IMG/VR virus record: IMGVR_UViG_3300005077_000065
Span: 1 to 34,383 of that record
DNA: 34,383 nt
Strand: one strand, 5' to 3'
Source of the DNA: a virus
Lineage: Duplodnaviria; Caudoviricetes
The notes under the pieces were generated by a model. The model saw only the letters and a program-made list of their open reading frames with translations, made no database searches and had not been told where the DNA came from. The position numbers and the translations under genes are program-made. Positions 1-8,080 of the stretch are shown here, piece by piece; positions within the stretch are counted from its first letter, which is position 1, and the number at the start of each line of letters is the position of its first letter.

Positions 1-34
1 TCATTTTGTTTGCCTCCAAAAGAGAAAAGGAAGC

Positions 35-358
35 CTAAAGCTTCCTTATCTCAATATTAACCCCCAAATTTGGTTTATCCCCGGCCCCCCCGGTTACTTC
101 TTGCACAACTGCAAAATAGTTGCAGTTTTTGTTGTCCATTTCTTTTGCCATGCTCCACGCCAGTAAAGCTGAAACATAACCTACCTTTTCGCCGCTTTTT
201 AGATTAATAGAAATTGCGTTCTCATCTGCTGCGTTGTCTGGTTCTCTTTTTAATACCAGTTCATCCATCGGTTGTAGTTGCTTAATTGCTGCATTTAAGT
301 TTGGGTTTCTTGCTGTTGTGAAATTGATGCCATAAACCTTAGTTTTTATCGCTTCCAT
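35..358 (-). CDS. HIRAN-domain protein (stand-alone)
   Basis: KVYGINF...LVLKREPDNAADENAISI...GEKVGYV is the HIRAN signature (REPxNxxDxNAI..GY); start placed at MEAIK. Confidence 0.8.
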   Translation of the reverse strand: MEAIKTKVYGINFTTARNPNLNAAIKQLQPMDELVLKREPDNAADENAISINLKSGEKVGYVSALLAWSMAKEMDNKNCNYFAVVQEVTGGAGDKPNLGVNIEIRKL

Positions 359-647
359 TGTTCGCACCACTCAAGTTCTGCATCTCTGCTTGCAATTGCG
401 CCTCTAACTCCAACCGCAGCCGTTTTAAGGCCATTGCTGCACCAAGCTTGTCCCGGCCATCCACCAAGTCATCATAGTAGATTTTGTGCCGGTCATCGGC
501 TTTGCCAAACTCAAAACTGTTCTGGCTTTCCTTCCTTTCAATTATTATCTCTGTTGTTGTTCTGCCGCTTGATTGCAGAAAGTTAATGCCAGCACCGTTT
601 ATGCTGTTAGAATACTCTACTTGTTCGCTTTTTTTGGTTTCATTCAT
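339..647 (-). CDS. Hypothetical protein (102 aa)
   Basis: ORF with GGAGG RBS upstream, coupled to the HIRAN gene. Confidence 0.7.
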   Translation of the reverse strand: MNETKKSEQVEYSNSINGAGINFLQSSGRTTTEIIIERKESQNSFEFGKADDRHKIYYDDLVDGRDKLGAAMALKRLRLELEAQLQAEMQNLSGANNGSDKN

Positions 648-701
648 TTTTAGCCCCTCCGAGCGTGTTTGCGCTTCCTATATAATCTATGCCAAGAGAA
701 T

Positions 702-807
702 CAAATAAAACAGGCATTGGCAAAGGTTGAGGTCGAGAACTTTCGTAGAAGGGGGTGTGCCCCATTTTAGAAATCTCGTCTTTGCTTCTTGCCGCCTGTT
801 TTATTTG
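702..807 (-). ncRNA. Putative structured intergenic RNA (long multi-stem hairpin)
   Basis: Perfect 14-bp arms 702-715/794-807, nested stems 720-725/780-785, 734-738/774-778 and 752-763; bulge ACCUCAAC on minus strand. Confidence 0.5.
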
Positions 808-866
808 GTTAAAAAAAATAGAAGAAATATTTAAAGGTTCCCACGGCCCGGTTTGTGGATGATTAT

Positions 867-1757
867 TCATTTTACCCGCACCTGCGGCAGCAATACTTCT
901 GCTGCTTTGTTTAACAGCTTTTCCCGGCCTTTGTAACTTATGTTTTCTTCATGGCTTGCTACATAAGTAATAGCGTTATATAACCCCCAGTGGTCGGGTG
1001 TTATGTCCTCTTCTTCTTTAAAGGCCCTTTCTACTTTCTTTGCGTACCTTTGCCCAACATGCGCCCTAATAAACTTTTTAAGTGCATCTTCATCTTGTAA
1101 TGTCCATTTTTGTGCCCTTTTAATCAACTCTTCCACCGGCTTTTCAAGCAAGGCCATCGCTTCGGTTATAAACTGCATGCCTTCGATTTTTTCAAAGACA
1201 TTGCTCGTATGAACCAACTTTTTATGTTCGCTTAAAAGCGTCTTTATCTTTGTCACAAGTTCCGGCTTTATTATCTCTGCCTCGTTTAAAGGCACTCTTA
1301 TTTTCATGCCGTTGCTGCAAACCTGCCTATAGCCAACAATCTCAATAAAGCTTCTTTTAAAAAAGCTTTCAAAACCGTAGGCCAATGCTTTCCTTCCGTC
1401 AAAACTGTTTTCAACCTTAAAGCCCAAGCTTACACCATCAATCCCTCTCTGGCCGGTATAAATCTGCATCATTGCTCTTTTTTCATCTGCTGCAATGATA
1501 TATTTAAAATCCTTTACACCTGCAACTGTTAGCCCTTCAATAATAGGCCGGAATGCCTGTGCGTGTTGCACCGCTTTATATCTGCTGGTAGGACAGTTTA
1601 CAACTGTTGTTTTATTGTTGTGTGTTACCCTTAGCGCCTTATAGTTGCTGATTTTTGCGCCGTTGCTGTCAAATAATTCAACTTCTTCTGCCACTGGCAG
1701 ACTTTGTATTGCTGCGTTGATTGTTGCAGCATTTTGCATGTTATATATACTTCTCAT
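867..1757 (-). CDS. DUF932/DUF945-like phage/plasmid protein
   Basis: SRYKAVQHAQAF...ENSFDG...YRQVCSNGM...WGLYNAITYVASH motifs; start moved to ATG 1757 behind GGAGGT RBS. Confidence 0.75.
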   Translation of the reverse strand: MRSIYNMQNAATINAAIQSLPVAEEVELFDSNGAKISNYKALRVTHNNKTTVVNCPTSRYKAVQHAQAFRPIIEGLTVAGVKDFKYIIAADEKRAMMQIYTGQRGIDGVSLGFKVENSFDGRKALAYGFESFFKRSFIEIVGYRQVCSNGMKIRVPLNEAEIIKPELVTKIKTLLSEHKKLVHTSNVFEKIEGMQFITEAMALLEKPVEELIKRAQKWTLQDEDALKKFIRAHVGQRYAKKVERAFKEEEDITPDHWGLYNAITYVASHEENISYKGREKLLNKAAEVLLPQVRVK

Positions 1758-1773
1758 TGTTCTCGACCTCCGT
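1754..1773 (-). repeat. 20-bp direct repeat copy 1 (RBS+start, ACGGAGGTCGAGAACAATGA)
   Basis: Identical to 2302-2321. Confidence 0.9.
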
Positions 1774-1785
1774 TGTTTTGAAAAA

Positions 1786-1923
1786 TTAAAAATAAAAGTG
1801 CCTTGGCAGCACTCTTGGAAGGATGCAGACTTTTCTCCATCCGCCCCTTTTGGTTGTAAGCACTTTCCACAAAGCCAGTAAAACCGGCTTTTTTCCGTAC
1901 ACTTCACAATCTCCGTATGCCAT
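1786..1923 (-). CDS. Small hypothetical protein (45 aa, MAYGDCEVYGKK...)
   Basis: AGGTGA RBS just upstream of ATG 1923; fills the gap between neighbouring genes; below ORF-track cutoff. Confidence 0.5.
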   Translation of the reverse strand: MAYGDCEVYGKKPVLLALWKVLTTKRGGWRKVCILPRVLPRHFYF

Positions 1924-1948
1924 TTTGTATCACCTTTTTTTATGGGGC

Positions 1949-2305
1949 TTATGCTTGAGCCCCCCAAAGTTGGTTATATTTCTCTTCGCCAAATAACTCT
2001 ATCATGTATTTTACCCTGCAGTCCATATATTTCTCTGCTGCCTTGGTTACATCTTGCACCAACCAGCTGGTATTTTTTGGCCGGTGGGTGGCATCAAATA
2101 ACCTTATGACCGTTGTTAGAAGTTGCATCTGTGCGGTTTGCAGTTCAAATATTGCATCTTCCATGTCCCCTGCGGTATTGGTTTTAACAAGCCCTTTAAA
2201 CTGCTTTTGTGCAAGCAACCTAAAGACCTTGTTGGCTGCTTTGTTTCCTTCTTTGCTCAGTGCTGTTGTGCATTGGCTGATTAAAATTTGGTTGTTTTCT
2301 TTCAT
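1949..2305 (-). CDS. Hypothetical helical protein (118 aa), first gene behind early-type promoter
   Basis: GGAGGT RBS, ORF track. Confidence 0.75.
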   Translation of the reverse strand: MKENNQILISQCTTALSKEGNKAANKVFRLLAQKQFKGLVKTNTAGDMEDAIFELQTAQMQLLTTVIRLFDATHRPKNTSWLVQDVTKAAEKYMDCRVKYMIELFGEEKYNQLWGAQA

Positions 2306-2321
2306 TGTTCTCGACCTCCGT
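2302..2321 (-). repeat. 20-bp direct repeat copy 2
   Basis: Identical to 1754-1773. Confidence 0.9.
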
Positions 2322-2362
2322 CTTTGCGACTTGTGTGCCGCATATTACTTACTATGTGGCTA

Positions 2363-2380
2363 CTTATATATAAACCTTCT
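2363..2380 (-). promoter_or_regulatory. Archaeal-type BRE/TATA promoter
   Basis: Minus strand AGAAGGTTTATATATAAG ~60 nt upstream of ATG 2305. Confidence 0.6.
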
Positions 2381-2418
2381 GGTTGGATTCTTCACTTACA
2401 AGCCGTGTACGGATAGAA

Positions 2419-2442
2419 TCAGTTTATTTATAAATAAACTGA
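2419..2442. repeat. Perfect 24-bp palindrome (candidate operator)
   Basis: TCAGTTTATTTA|TAAATAAACTGA. Confidence 0.85.
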
Positions 2443-2471
2443 AAATGGGCTAAAAATGGCAAAAATAAGAC

Positions 2472-2798
2472 TTAATTACCGCAAACCTTTTGCAATTGTG
2501 TTGCTTCTTTTGCATGCTTTAACTTGGTTGCAATGTGGGCTATCTCTTCTTCTATTTCGTTCCTTTGCTTTTGCAGCACATTTAATTTATGAACCAAGTA
2601 AGCTTCTTCGGTTGTGCAAAGTTCTCTTATAATAATCTCACTCACAAACCGGTTGAACCAGCGCTTATCACCGCCTCTTGCTTTTACGGCCTGCCGAAAG
2701 TAAACCTCGGCTTTATCCGTAAGTACCACAGAATGAACCCTGTTTATTGCTTTGTTTATGCTTTTTGGTCTGCCTGCTTTTAGTTTGCTTTTTTGCAT
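2472..2798 (-). CDS. Putative DNA-binding protein (ribbon-helix-helix-like + coiled coil)
   Basis: GRPK, then VHSVVL strand, two helices (FNRFVSEII), C-terminal coiled coil. Confidence 0.5.
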   Translation of the reverse strand: MQKSKLKAGRPKSINKAINRVHSVVLTDKAEVYFRQAVKARGGDKRWFNRFVSEIIIRELCTTEEAYLVHKLNVLQKQRNEIEEEIAHIATKLKHAKEATQLQKVCGN

Positions 2799-2817
2799 AT
2801 TTTTGCCCCCAAAAAAG

Positions 2818-3033
2818 TTATTAATTGGAGTTAATAATAAATTCTAAAACAGGTTGTACCCTTTGAAATTACCAACTACAGCAACTTTAAAACTTTTTAT
2901 TAACAGCCTACAAATTATCTAAATCAATTACAAACCAATAGGTTTATAAAGTTCAGTTAAATCAGAACGCTTATACACAAACATTCCAAGGTAACTTCTT
3001 TTTTTTTATTTTATTAACAACTCCAATTAATAA
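2818..3033. repeat. AT-rich non-coding segment bounded by 24-bp imperfect inverted repeats
   Basis: TTATTAATTGGAGTTaaTAATAAA (2818-2841) vs TTTATTAacAACTCCAATTAATAA (3010-3033), 22/24. Confidence 0.85.
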
Positions 3034-3077
3034 TTCTAAAAAGACAATTTATATTTAAATTCTTTGGTTCTAAAAAC

Positions 3078-3377
3078 TTATGCGGTCTTTTGTTTTTTGT
3101 GGTTCTTTAGCACCAAACCCAAAGAATAAGCAAGGTCGTATGCGTAAAGGTACGCTGCAAAAGAGTGCATTATTTGCTTACCGTTGCAGACCTCTTCCCC
3201 GGCCCGGCAACAATAAACCTCATACATGGAAGTGCAAAGCTTTTTTATTATGATTGTGTTGCCGTTCTTTTCCCATGTTTCGGCAATTATCTCTTCAAGT
3301 GCGTTGCCGTTTTCCTCTTTTACATAGCAAGTATAAATGAAGCCAAGCTGGGCTATGTCTTTAATTCTTTCTGCCAT
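3078..3377 (-). CDS. Hypothetical protein (99 aa)
   Basis: ORF track, coupled to upstream gene. Confidence 0.6.
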   Translation of the reverse strand: MAERIKDIAQLGFIYTCYVKEENGNALEEIIAETWEKNGNTIIIKKLCTSMYEVYCCRAGEEVCNGKQIMHSFAAYLYAYDLAYSLGLVLKNHKKQKTA

Positions 3378-3754
3378 TGATTATCAACCTGTGAAAAGCC
3401 TATTCTTTCATATCCATATCTTTGCGGCTCGTAAGTTACAAACAACCCAAAAGGCGAAAACATAAACAGGTTATTTTCAATAAATAGCCGGCCATAATAA
3501 ATCTGCTCGATTGCTTTGCTTCTTTGCGCCGTTGTGCATTTGAGTTCGATTGGTATTCCGTGGTCTTTATAGGTTACAACAATCAAATCACACAAAGAAA
3601 TAGTATCTCTTGTTGTTTCTTTGCGCCAGATTCCTTCTTTCATTATCCACTTAATTTCGCTTGGATTCAATCCTATATATTCAAGATTCCAAACAAGGCA
3701 ATTTAAGTGATAACTATGTTTATTTTTTATTTTTTTGGTCTTACCCAACTCCAT
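3353..3754 (-). CDS. Putative PD-(D/E)XK nuclease-fold protein
   Basis: CDLIVV...IPIELK...AIEQIYYG (D..ExK..QxxY pattern). Confidence 0.55.
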   Translation of the reverse strand: MELGKTKKIKNKHSYHLNCLVWNLEYIGLNPSEIKWIMKEGIWRKETTRDTISLCDLIVVTYKDHGIPIELKCTTAQRSKAIEQIYYGRLFIENNLFMFSPFGLFVTYEPQRYGYERIGFSQVDNQWQKELKT

Positions 3755-3915
3755 CCATTAAAGCCAGCACCAAGAGCAATCAATGAATAGCCAAGTTCAT
3801 CTGACCATTTGAAACTGATTAAGGCCCCTATCAAAACAAACAGGCCGCCCCAGATTCGCCTTGATTCGTACCACGGCTCGCTGCCGATTCCTGTCCCGGT
3901 TATGTTTACTTTCAT
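3727..3915 (-). CDS. Holin-like small membrane protein (2 TM)
   Basis: PWYESRRIW followed by two hydrophobic segments and basic C-terminus; position after tail genes. Confidence 0.55.
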   Translation of the reverse strand: MKVNITGTGIGSEPWYESRRIWGGLFVLIGALISFKWSDELGYSLIALGAGFNGWSWVRPKK

Positions 3916-3920
3916 TTATA

Positions 3921-4250
3921 TCACCCCTGCATTATAAATGGAACTGCATAAACTATCGTTGCGGTTGCAAATGCCCCGGCCAAAAATGCAATAATAGTCA
4001 GTTGTAGCTTGATATTACTTAGCTTTTCCTTGTTGTTTCTTATCATGCTCTCATGTTCTTTGCAGCGTTTTTCATATAACTCATCAAAACGCTTATCAAC
4101 TGCGTCAAAGTTTCTGTCGATTTTTAAGCTGTTTTGTGCCGTTGCTGCTTCTATGGATTCAAGTTTCGCCCTTACATGCCCCATGAAAACTGCTTGGCTT
4201 GTTTTCCATTCTTTGCTGCCGTTCATTTTTCCCTTTGTTGTTGCTACCAT
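3921..4250 (-). CDS. Coiled-coil protein with C-terminal TM (lysis-associated, XhlA-like topology)
   Basis: IDRNFDAVDKRFDEL coiled coil + LTIIAFLAGAFATATIVYAVPFI. Confidence 0.5.
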   Translation of the reverse strand: MVATTKGKMNGSKEWKTSQAVFMGHVRAKLESIEAATAQNSLKIDRNFDAVDKRFDELYEKRCKEHESMIRNNKEKLSNIKLQLTIIAFLAGAFATATIVYAVPFIMQG

Positions 4251-4855
4251 TTAAACTTCCCAAACCCGCTTTCATCGTTTGCTGTAAACCAATATCTTAT
4301 GTATCTAACATCAATTGGCTCATCAAAGTCAAAATAAGCGCCTCTGGCCGGTATTTTTTTTAAATTGGGGTAATAACACCAATCCAAATAAAAAGCCACA
4401 AATGGGTATCTATCGCTTGCGTAGCGCACCCATGCGTGACCGCCCCCAACCACATCGCCTGCCGCAAGCCTAATCTTATCTGCGGGGATTCCCGCAAGCC
4501 TGCAAAGGCAGAACAATAATGTGGCCCCATCTTCACAATCGCCTTTCTTTGAAGCAAGCGTTTCATCAACTTCTGCCCAATGTTCAATTTCTTTATACTG
4601 CACCGAATCAGACACATATTTTATATTTTTGTTGACATACTTAAGAATCTGCACAACCTTGTAGTCATCATCCATTCTGACCCATCCTTCTTTCTCAATT
4701 ATTGCTTCAAGTATGTCTTTATGTTTTATAAGCTGGGATTTGAGCCATTCATGCACTTTTATAGATTGCCGGTATTTAGAAGAAATCATATAATAAACTG
4801 TTTTAACAATCCATTTATCTTGAATCAGTGCGATTGCTTCTTTTGCCCATCCCAT
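4244..4855 (-). CDS. Transglutaminase-like cysteine protease (candidate endolysin)
   Basis: YVSD...ETLASKKGDCEDGATLL...GGGHAWV...YLDW: Cys-His-Asp triad. Confidence 0.8.
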   Translation of the reverse strand: MGWAKEAIALIQDKWIVKTVYYMISSKYRQSIKVHEWLKSQLIKHKDILEAIIEKEGWVRMDDDYKVVQILKYVNKNIKYVSDSVQYKEIEHWAEVDETLASKKGDCEDGATLLFCLCRLAGIPADKIRLAAGDVVGGGHAWVRYASDRYPFVAFYLDWCYYPNLKKIPARGAYFDFDEPIDVRYIRYWFTANDESGFGKFKW

Positions 4856-4856
4856 C

Positions 4857-5357
4857 TTATTTGAACCTTATAATAAACACGACTTCGTAATATGGCGGTA
4901 CATGTGAACTGTTATTTAAACCGTTCAAGTCTGTGCTTCTTGCGCAACTTGTTCCGCTGCCGTCATTAGAAAATTGCCCTAAGCCCGGGTTGCTGTGTGT
5001 GTGCTGGTAACTTGTGCCAGCGCCACCGCTTGCCGCTGCGCCCCTTAAAAATTTCTTTGTATCTTCAGATGCGCCGTTTAAGTTTGGTACTGCTTGGCCG
5101 TTTATTGGAGATGCTGCGTCACTTACTGTGCTTCCGTCACATTCCATCCAGCCGGTTGGCAGCGCCGGAACACCAGAAATGCTCTTAGCCCATGGTAAAA
5201 TAGAACCAATTGGCGGCGTTACAATATATTTGCTGTCTGTGCCGTCATGGTCGTGTCCTGTGCTTGTGTCTTTGACTGAATCATAACAGTCATTAAACCA
5301 TGTTTCTTCGGCATAGTCGCCGTTTGATACAGTTGAACCCCATGAAATTGCTGCCAT
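4857..5357 (-). CDS. Short tail fibre with tail-collar domain
   Basis: PPIGSILPW..PTGWMECDG..VPNL..FLRG..HTH..PPYYEVVFIIRFK; GHDHDG motif; AGGTGA RBS before ATG 5357. Confidence 0.8.
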   Translation of the reverse strand: MAAISWGSTVSNGDYAEETWFNDCYDSVKDTSTGHDHDGTDSKYIVTPPIGSILPWAKSISGVPALPTGWMECDGSTVSDAASPINGQAVPNLNGASEDTKKFLRGAAASGGAGTSYQHTHSNPGLGQFSNDGSGTSCARSTDLNGLNNSSHVPPYYEVVFIIRFK

Positions 5358-5362
5358 TATTA

Positions 5363-6262
5363 TCACCTATTATCAAAGCTGATTATTTCTTGAATAATCA
5401 GTTCGTCTGTGTTTGATTTGCTAACCGGGTTAAATGTGCCCCTTGTTCCAAGCAAAATTGTGCCGTCTGTGTTTGCAAGACCAACTTCGGTTAGATTATG
5501 GCCGTTGCATTGTGTGCTTGTTATTCTGCTTCTGTAGGTGACCTCATAATTTGTATAATCTGCTGATGGATAACTGCTTTCAACTGTTTTATAGTAATCA
5601 GCTGCTTCAGCCAGAAAGATATTATCAAATATTAAATCACCATCGCTCCATGTGTCTGATGTGTTTGCACTATAAATAGAAATAGCTGTATAATCACAGG
5701 CCGCAGTAGATGGGCTTCCGGTTGTTGTATCTGCATTGCTTGGACTTAAAGAACCTAAATAATTCCATCCAGTGCTAAGTTCAGATTTTAAAAAGTTCCA
5801 TCTCCAGTTATTGCTGCCATCATTACCAAAGTTTACAGCAACAGCTGTTCCAGTTGCCTCAAGTTTATTTAATGTTGTTGTGTCTTTTATATAAAGCCAT
5901 ACTGCCAGAATTTTACTTGCAAATGAAAGTGATGTTGTTGTTTTATATGTTGAGCAAGTAGTAGAAGCGCTGCCATCTTTTGTGATGTTCAAGCTACCGC
6001 TTCCTTGCAAATATGTAGTAGAATTGACCGAAAGAGTGCAATCCGCTGAATCTGTCCATCCTGTGGTTACATCACAGGCATCTACTTGCTCAATGCCAGT
6101 AATAGGCACAGAATTGCCTAATGCACTATCAGTGAATGCAGCGGCAGTTGTTCCTATTCCAACTTGAAATTTAGAAAGCGCAGTTCTCGTAGGAGAACTG
6201 TTTGTAAACCTATCAATGGCTATTTTTAGGCCATTGTTGGTTAATACATAGCTACTTGCCAT
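5363..6262 (-). CDS. Tail-tip/fibre-attachment protein with inserted jelly-roll (CBM-like) domain
   Basis: LTNNG...VGIGTT..DSAL and NGHNLTEVGL..F.PVSKSNTDEL halves flank a Ser/Thr/Trp-rich insert. Confidence 0.55.
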   Translation of the reverse strand: MASSYVLTNNGLKIAIDRFTNSSPTRTALSKFQVGIGTTAAAFTDSALGNSVPITGIEQVDACDVTTGWTDSADCTLSVNSTTYLQGSGSLNITKDGSASTTCSTYKTTTSLSFASKILAVWLYIKDTTTLNKLEATGTAVAVNFGNDGSNNWRWNFLKSELSTGWNYLGSLSPSNADTTTGSPSTAACDYTAISIYSANTSDTWSDGDLIFDNIFLAEAADYYKTVESSYPSADYTNYEVTYRSRITSTQCNGHNLTEVGLANTDGTILLGTRGTFNPVSKSNTDELIIQEIISFDNR

Positions 6263-6491
6263 CTTTTTTCTTACCCTCTTTTACTTCTTTGAGTTCAAGA
6301 TTGCCGTCTTTGCGCATCTTTAATTCATGCACTTTATTATTCTCAGTTTTTGAAGCATTTAAAATTTTCGTTTTAATGCTACCTACTAACTGCAGAATGC
6401 CCTGCATTTCTCTTGGTGTTGCTGCATATTTGTTGTTTTCAAGCACAGTTAATGTAAACTCTGCTTCGTTGTTTGTTAGTTCTACATTCAT
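6252..6491 (-). CDS. Hypothetical protein (possible fibre chaperone)
   Basis: GGAGG RBS; follows the fibre gene. Confidence 0.6.
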   Translation of the reverse strand: MNVELTNNEAEFTLTVLENNKYAATPREMQGILQLVGSIKTKILNASKTENNKVHELKMRKDGNLELKEVKEGKKKDGK

Positions 6492-6502
6492 TTTATCCCC
6501 TC

Positions 6503-8071
6503 CTAAGTATAAAGATTGATGTAAGCTGTGCCGCCAGCTGGCGTAAACACTTGAATAGACCCTGCCAAGGTAGTATGAGATGTGCCTTTGTCTGTGCAGC
6601 CTACGAAAGACATAACACCTACACCTGTTGCCGCTTGCCTTAGTTCTAATGTTGGCTGGTCATCGCCAGAGTTTGCTTGTTGAACAGACATAACAGGCCC
6701 TGCGGTGTTTGCACTTGCCAAATCTCTTACAAATAAATTACTACCACTTGAATCTAAACGCCCAAAATGAACATAATCTGCATTTACGCCTTTATTATTT
6801 TGTCTGAAATCTGCTGAATATCCAGTTCCAGCCTGAGCCAAAAATAGTGCTGTTTGGTCATCACTTGCATTTTCTTGATATATATACACAACTGGCCCAG
6901 CTGTGTCTGTACTTGCTAAGTTTCTATAAAATCTATTTGTACCTGCTGTGCTATTATGCAGTCCTAAGACAGACCTTTCATTTGCACCGCCAGAAGTATC
7001 AACACCAAGAGCACCATTCACATTGTCTGCGTTTGTTTTATATATAAACATTCCATATCCTGTACCATCTTGCAATAAATATAATCCACCTTGGTCATCA
7101 CCTGTGTTATCTTGAGTTATTTTTACAACTGGCCCTGCTGTGTCTACTGCTGCAAGATTTCTATAAAAGAAATTTGAGCCATTTCCTGAATTATAAAGTC
7201 CAAGAATTGAATAAGATGTATTTACTCCGCCTGCTGCATTATCTGCATTTATTACTCCATAAGTTGTATCAGACGCAAGGTTTTTCAATGCATAAATTGC
7301 ATAATGAGCACCATTTTGCTGGACTCCTAACGCCATTTGGTCATCACTTGCATTGTCTTGAATAATTCTTGCAACTGGTTGACCTGTGTTTGCACTTGTA
7401 AGATTTCTATAAATATAAGCAGTACTTCTATCACTATCTCCTCTATGTGCAAATGAAACAAAATTTGTTCCTGCTCCTTGTGCCTGGTCTCCAAAATATG
7501 CTGTTGGAAATCCTGATGTATCATTTGTTGCTAAAGCTCTTATTGCCCATGCATCTGCATCTTGAACTATATATATACATTCTTTATCATCTCCTGCATT
7601 ATCATTTACTATCACAACAACTGCACCTTCAGTATCAGCACTTGCAAGATTTCTATAAAAGTAACTGCTTCCAGTTGAAGCCTTCTGTGCAAGTTTTACA
7701 AAGTTTGTGCTTGCTCCTTCTCCGCTGTTATCAAATAAAGCAGCAGCTACGCCTGAAGTAGTTTGTGTAGTTCCAGCAACAAATGCGTCATAGACTGCAC
7801 TACTGACGACTTGTAGACACGGTTTATCATCTCCAGTGTTATCATTTGAAAAATATGCGACTACATCATCAGTGCTACCACTTGCAAGGTCACGGGCCAC
7901 ATATAACCCCTTTCCACTTGTGCCAGTTTGAACTATTGCAGCATTTTTAGTTTCAACTGCTTCAGTCACAATTGTTCTTGTGCCGTCTTTGAGTGCGTCT
8001 AATATCTGATTGAACTCAGCTGCCGTTAATTGGTCGCTTGTGTTTTTGTCTGAGATTGTTATGTATGTCAT
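6503..8071 (-). CDS. Tail fibre/spike with six internal ~65-85 aa repeats
   Basis: Repeated R[ND]LAS..T.G.V..I.QDN.GDDQ motif; TAAEFNQI N-terminal anchor; AGGTGA RBS before ATG 8071. Confidence 0.7.
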   Translation of the reverse strand: MTYITISDKNTSDQLTAAEFNQILDALKDGTRTIVTEAVETKNAAIVQTGTSGKGLYVARDLASGSTDDVVAYFSNDNTGDDKPCLQVVSSAVYDAFVAGTTQTTSGVAAALFDNSGEGASTNFVKLAQKASTGSSYFYRNLASADTEGAVVVIVNDNAGDDKECIYIVQDADAWAIRALATNDTSGFPTAYFGDQAQGAGTNFVSFAHRGDSDRSTAYIYRNLTSANTGQPVARIIQDNASDDQMALGVQQNGAHYAIYALKNLASDTTYGVINADNAAGGVNTSYSILGLYNSGNGSNFFYRNLAAVDTAGPVVKITQDNTGDDQGGLYLLQDGTGYGMFIYKTNADNVNGALGVDTSGGANERSVLGLHNSTAGTNRFYRNLASTDTAGPVVYIYQENASDDQTALFLAQAGTGYSADFRQNNKGVNADYVHFGRLDSSGSNLFVRDLASANTAGPVMSVQQANSGDDQPTLELRQAATGVGVMSFVGCTDKGTSHTTLAGSIQVFTPAGGTAYINLYT

Positions 8072-8080
8072 GTTTATCAC

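Noticed and set aside
640-870. 76-aa minus ORF (MNNHPQTG...)
   Set aside because: Coincides with a strong nested hairpin and has an unprotein-like sequence; more likely non-coding, although the ATGA overlap means it cannot be fully excluded
1758-1967. 70-aa N-terminal extension of the DUF932 ORF
   Set aside because: Strong repeated RBS at 1757 and a separate RBS-led 45-aa ORF in another frame explain this interval
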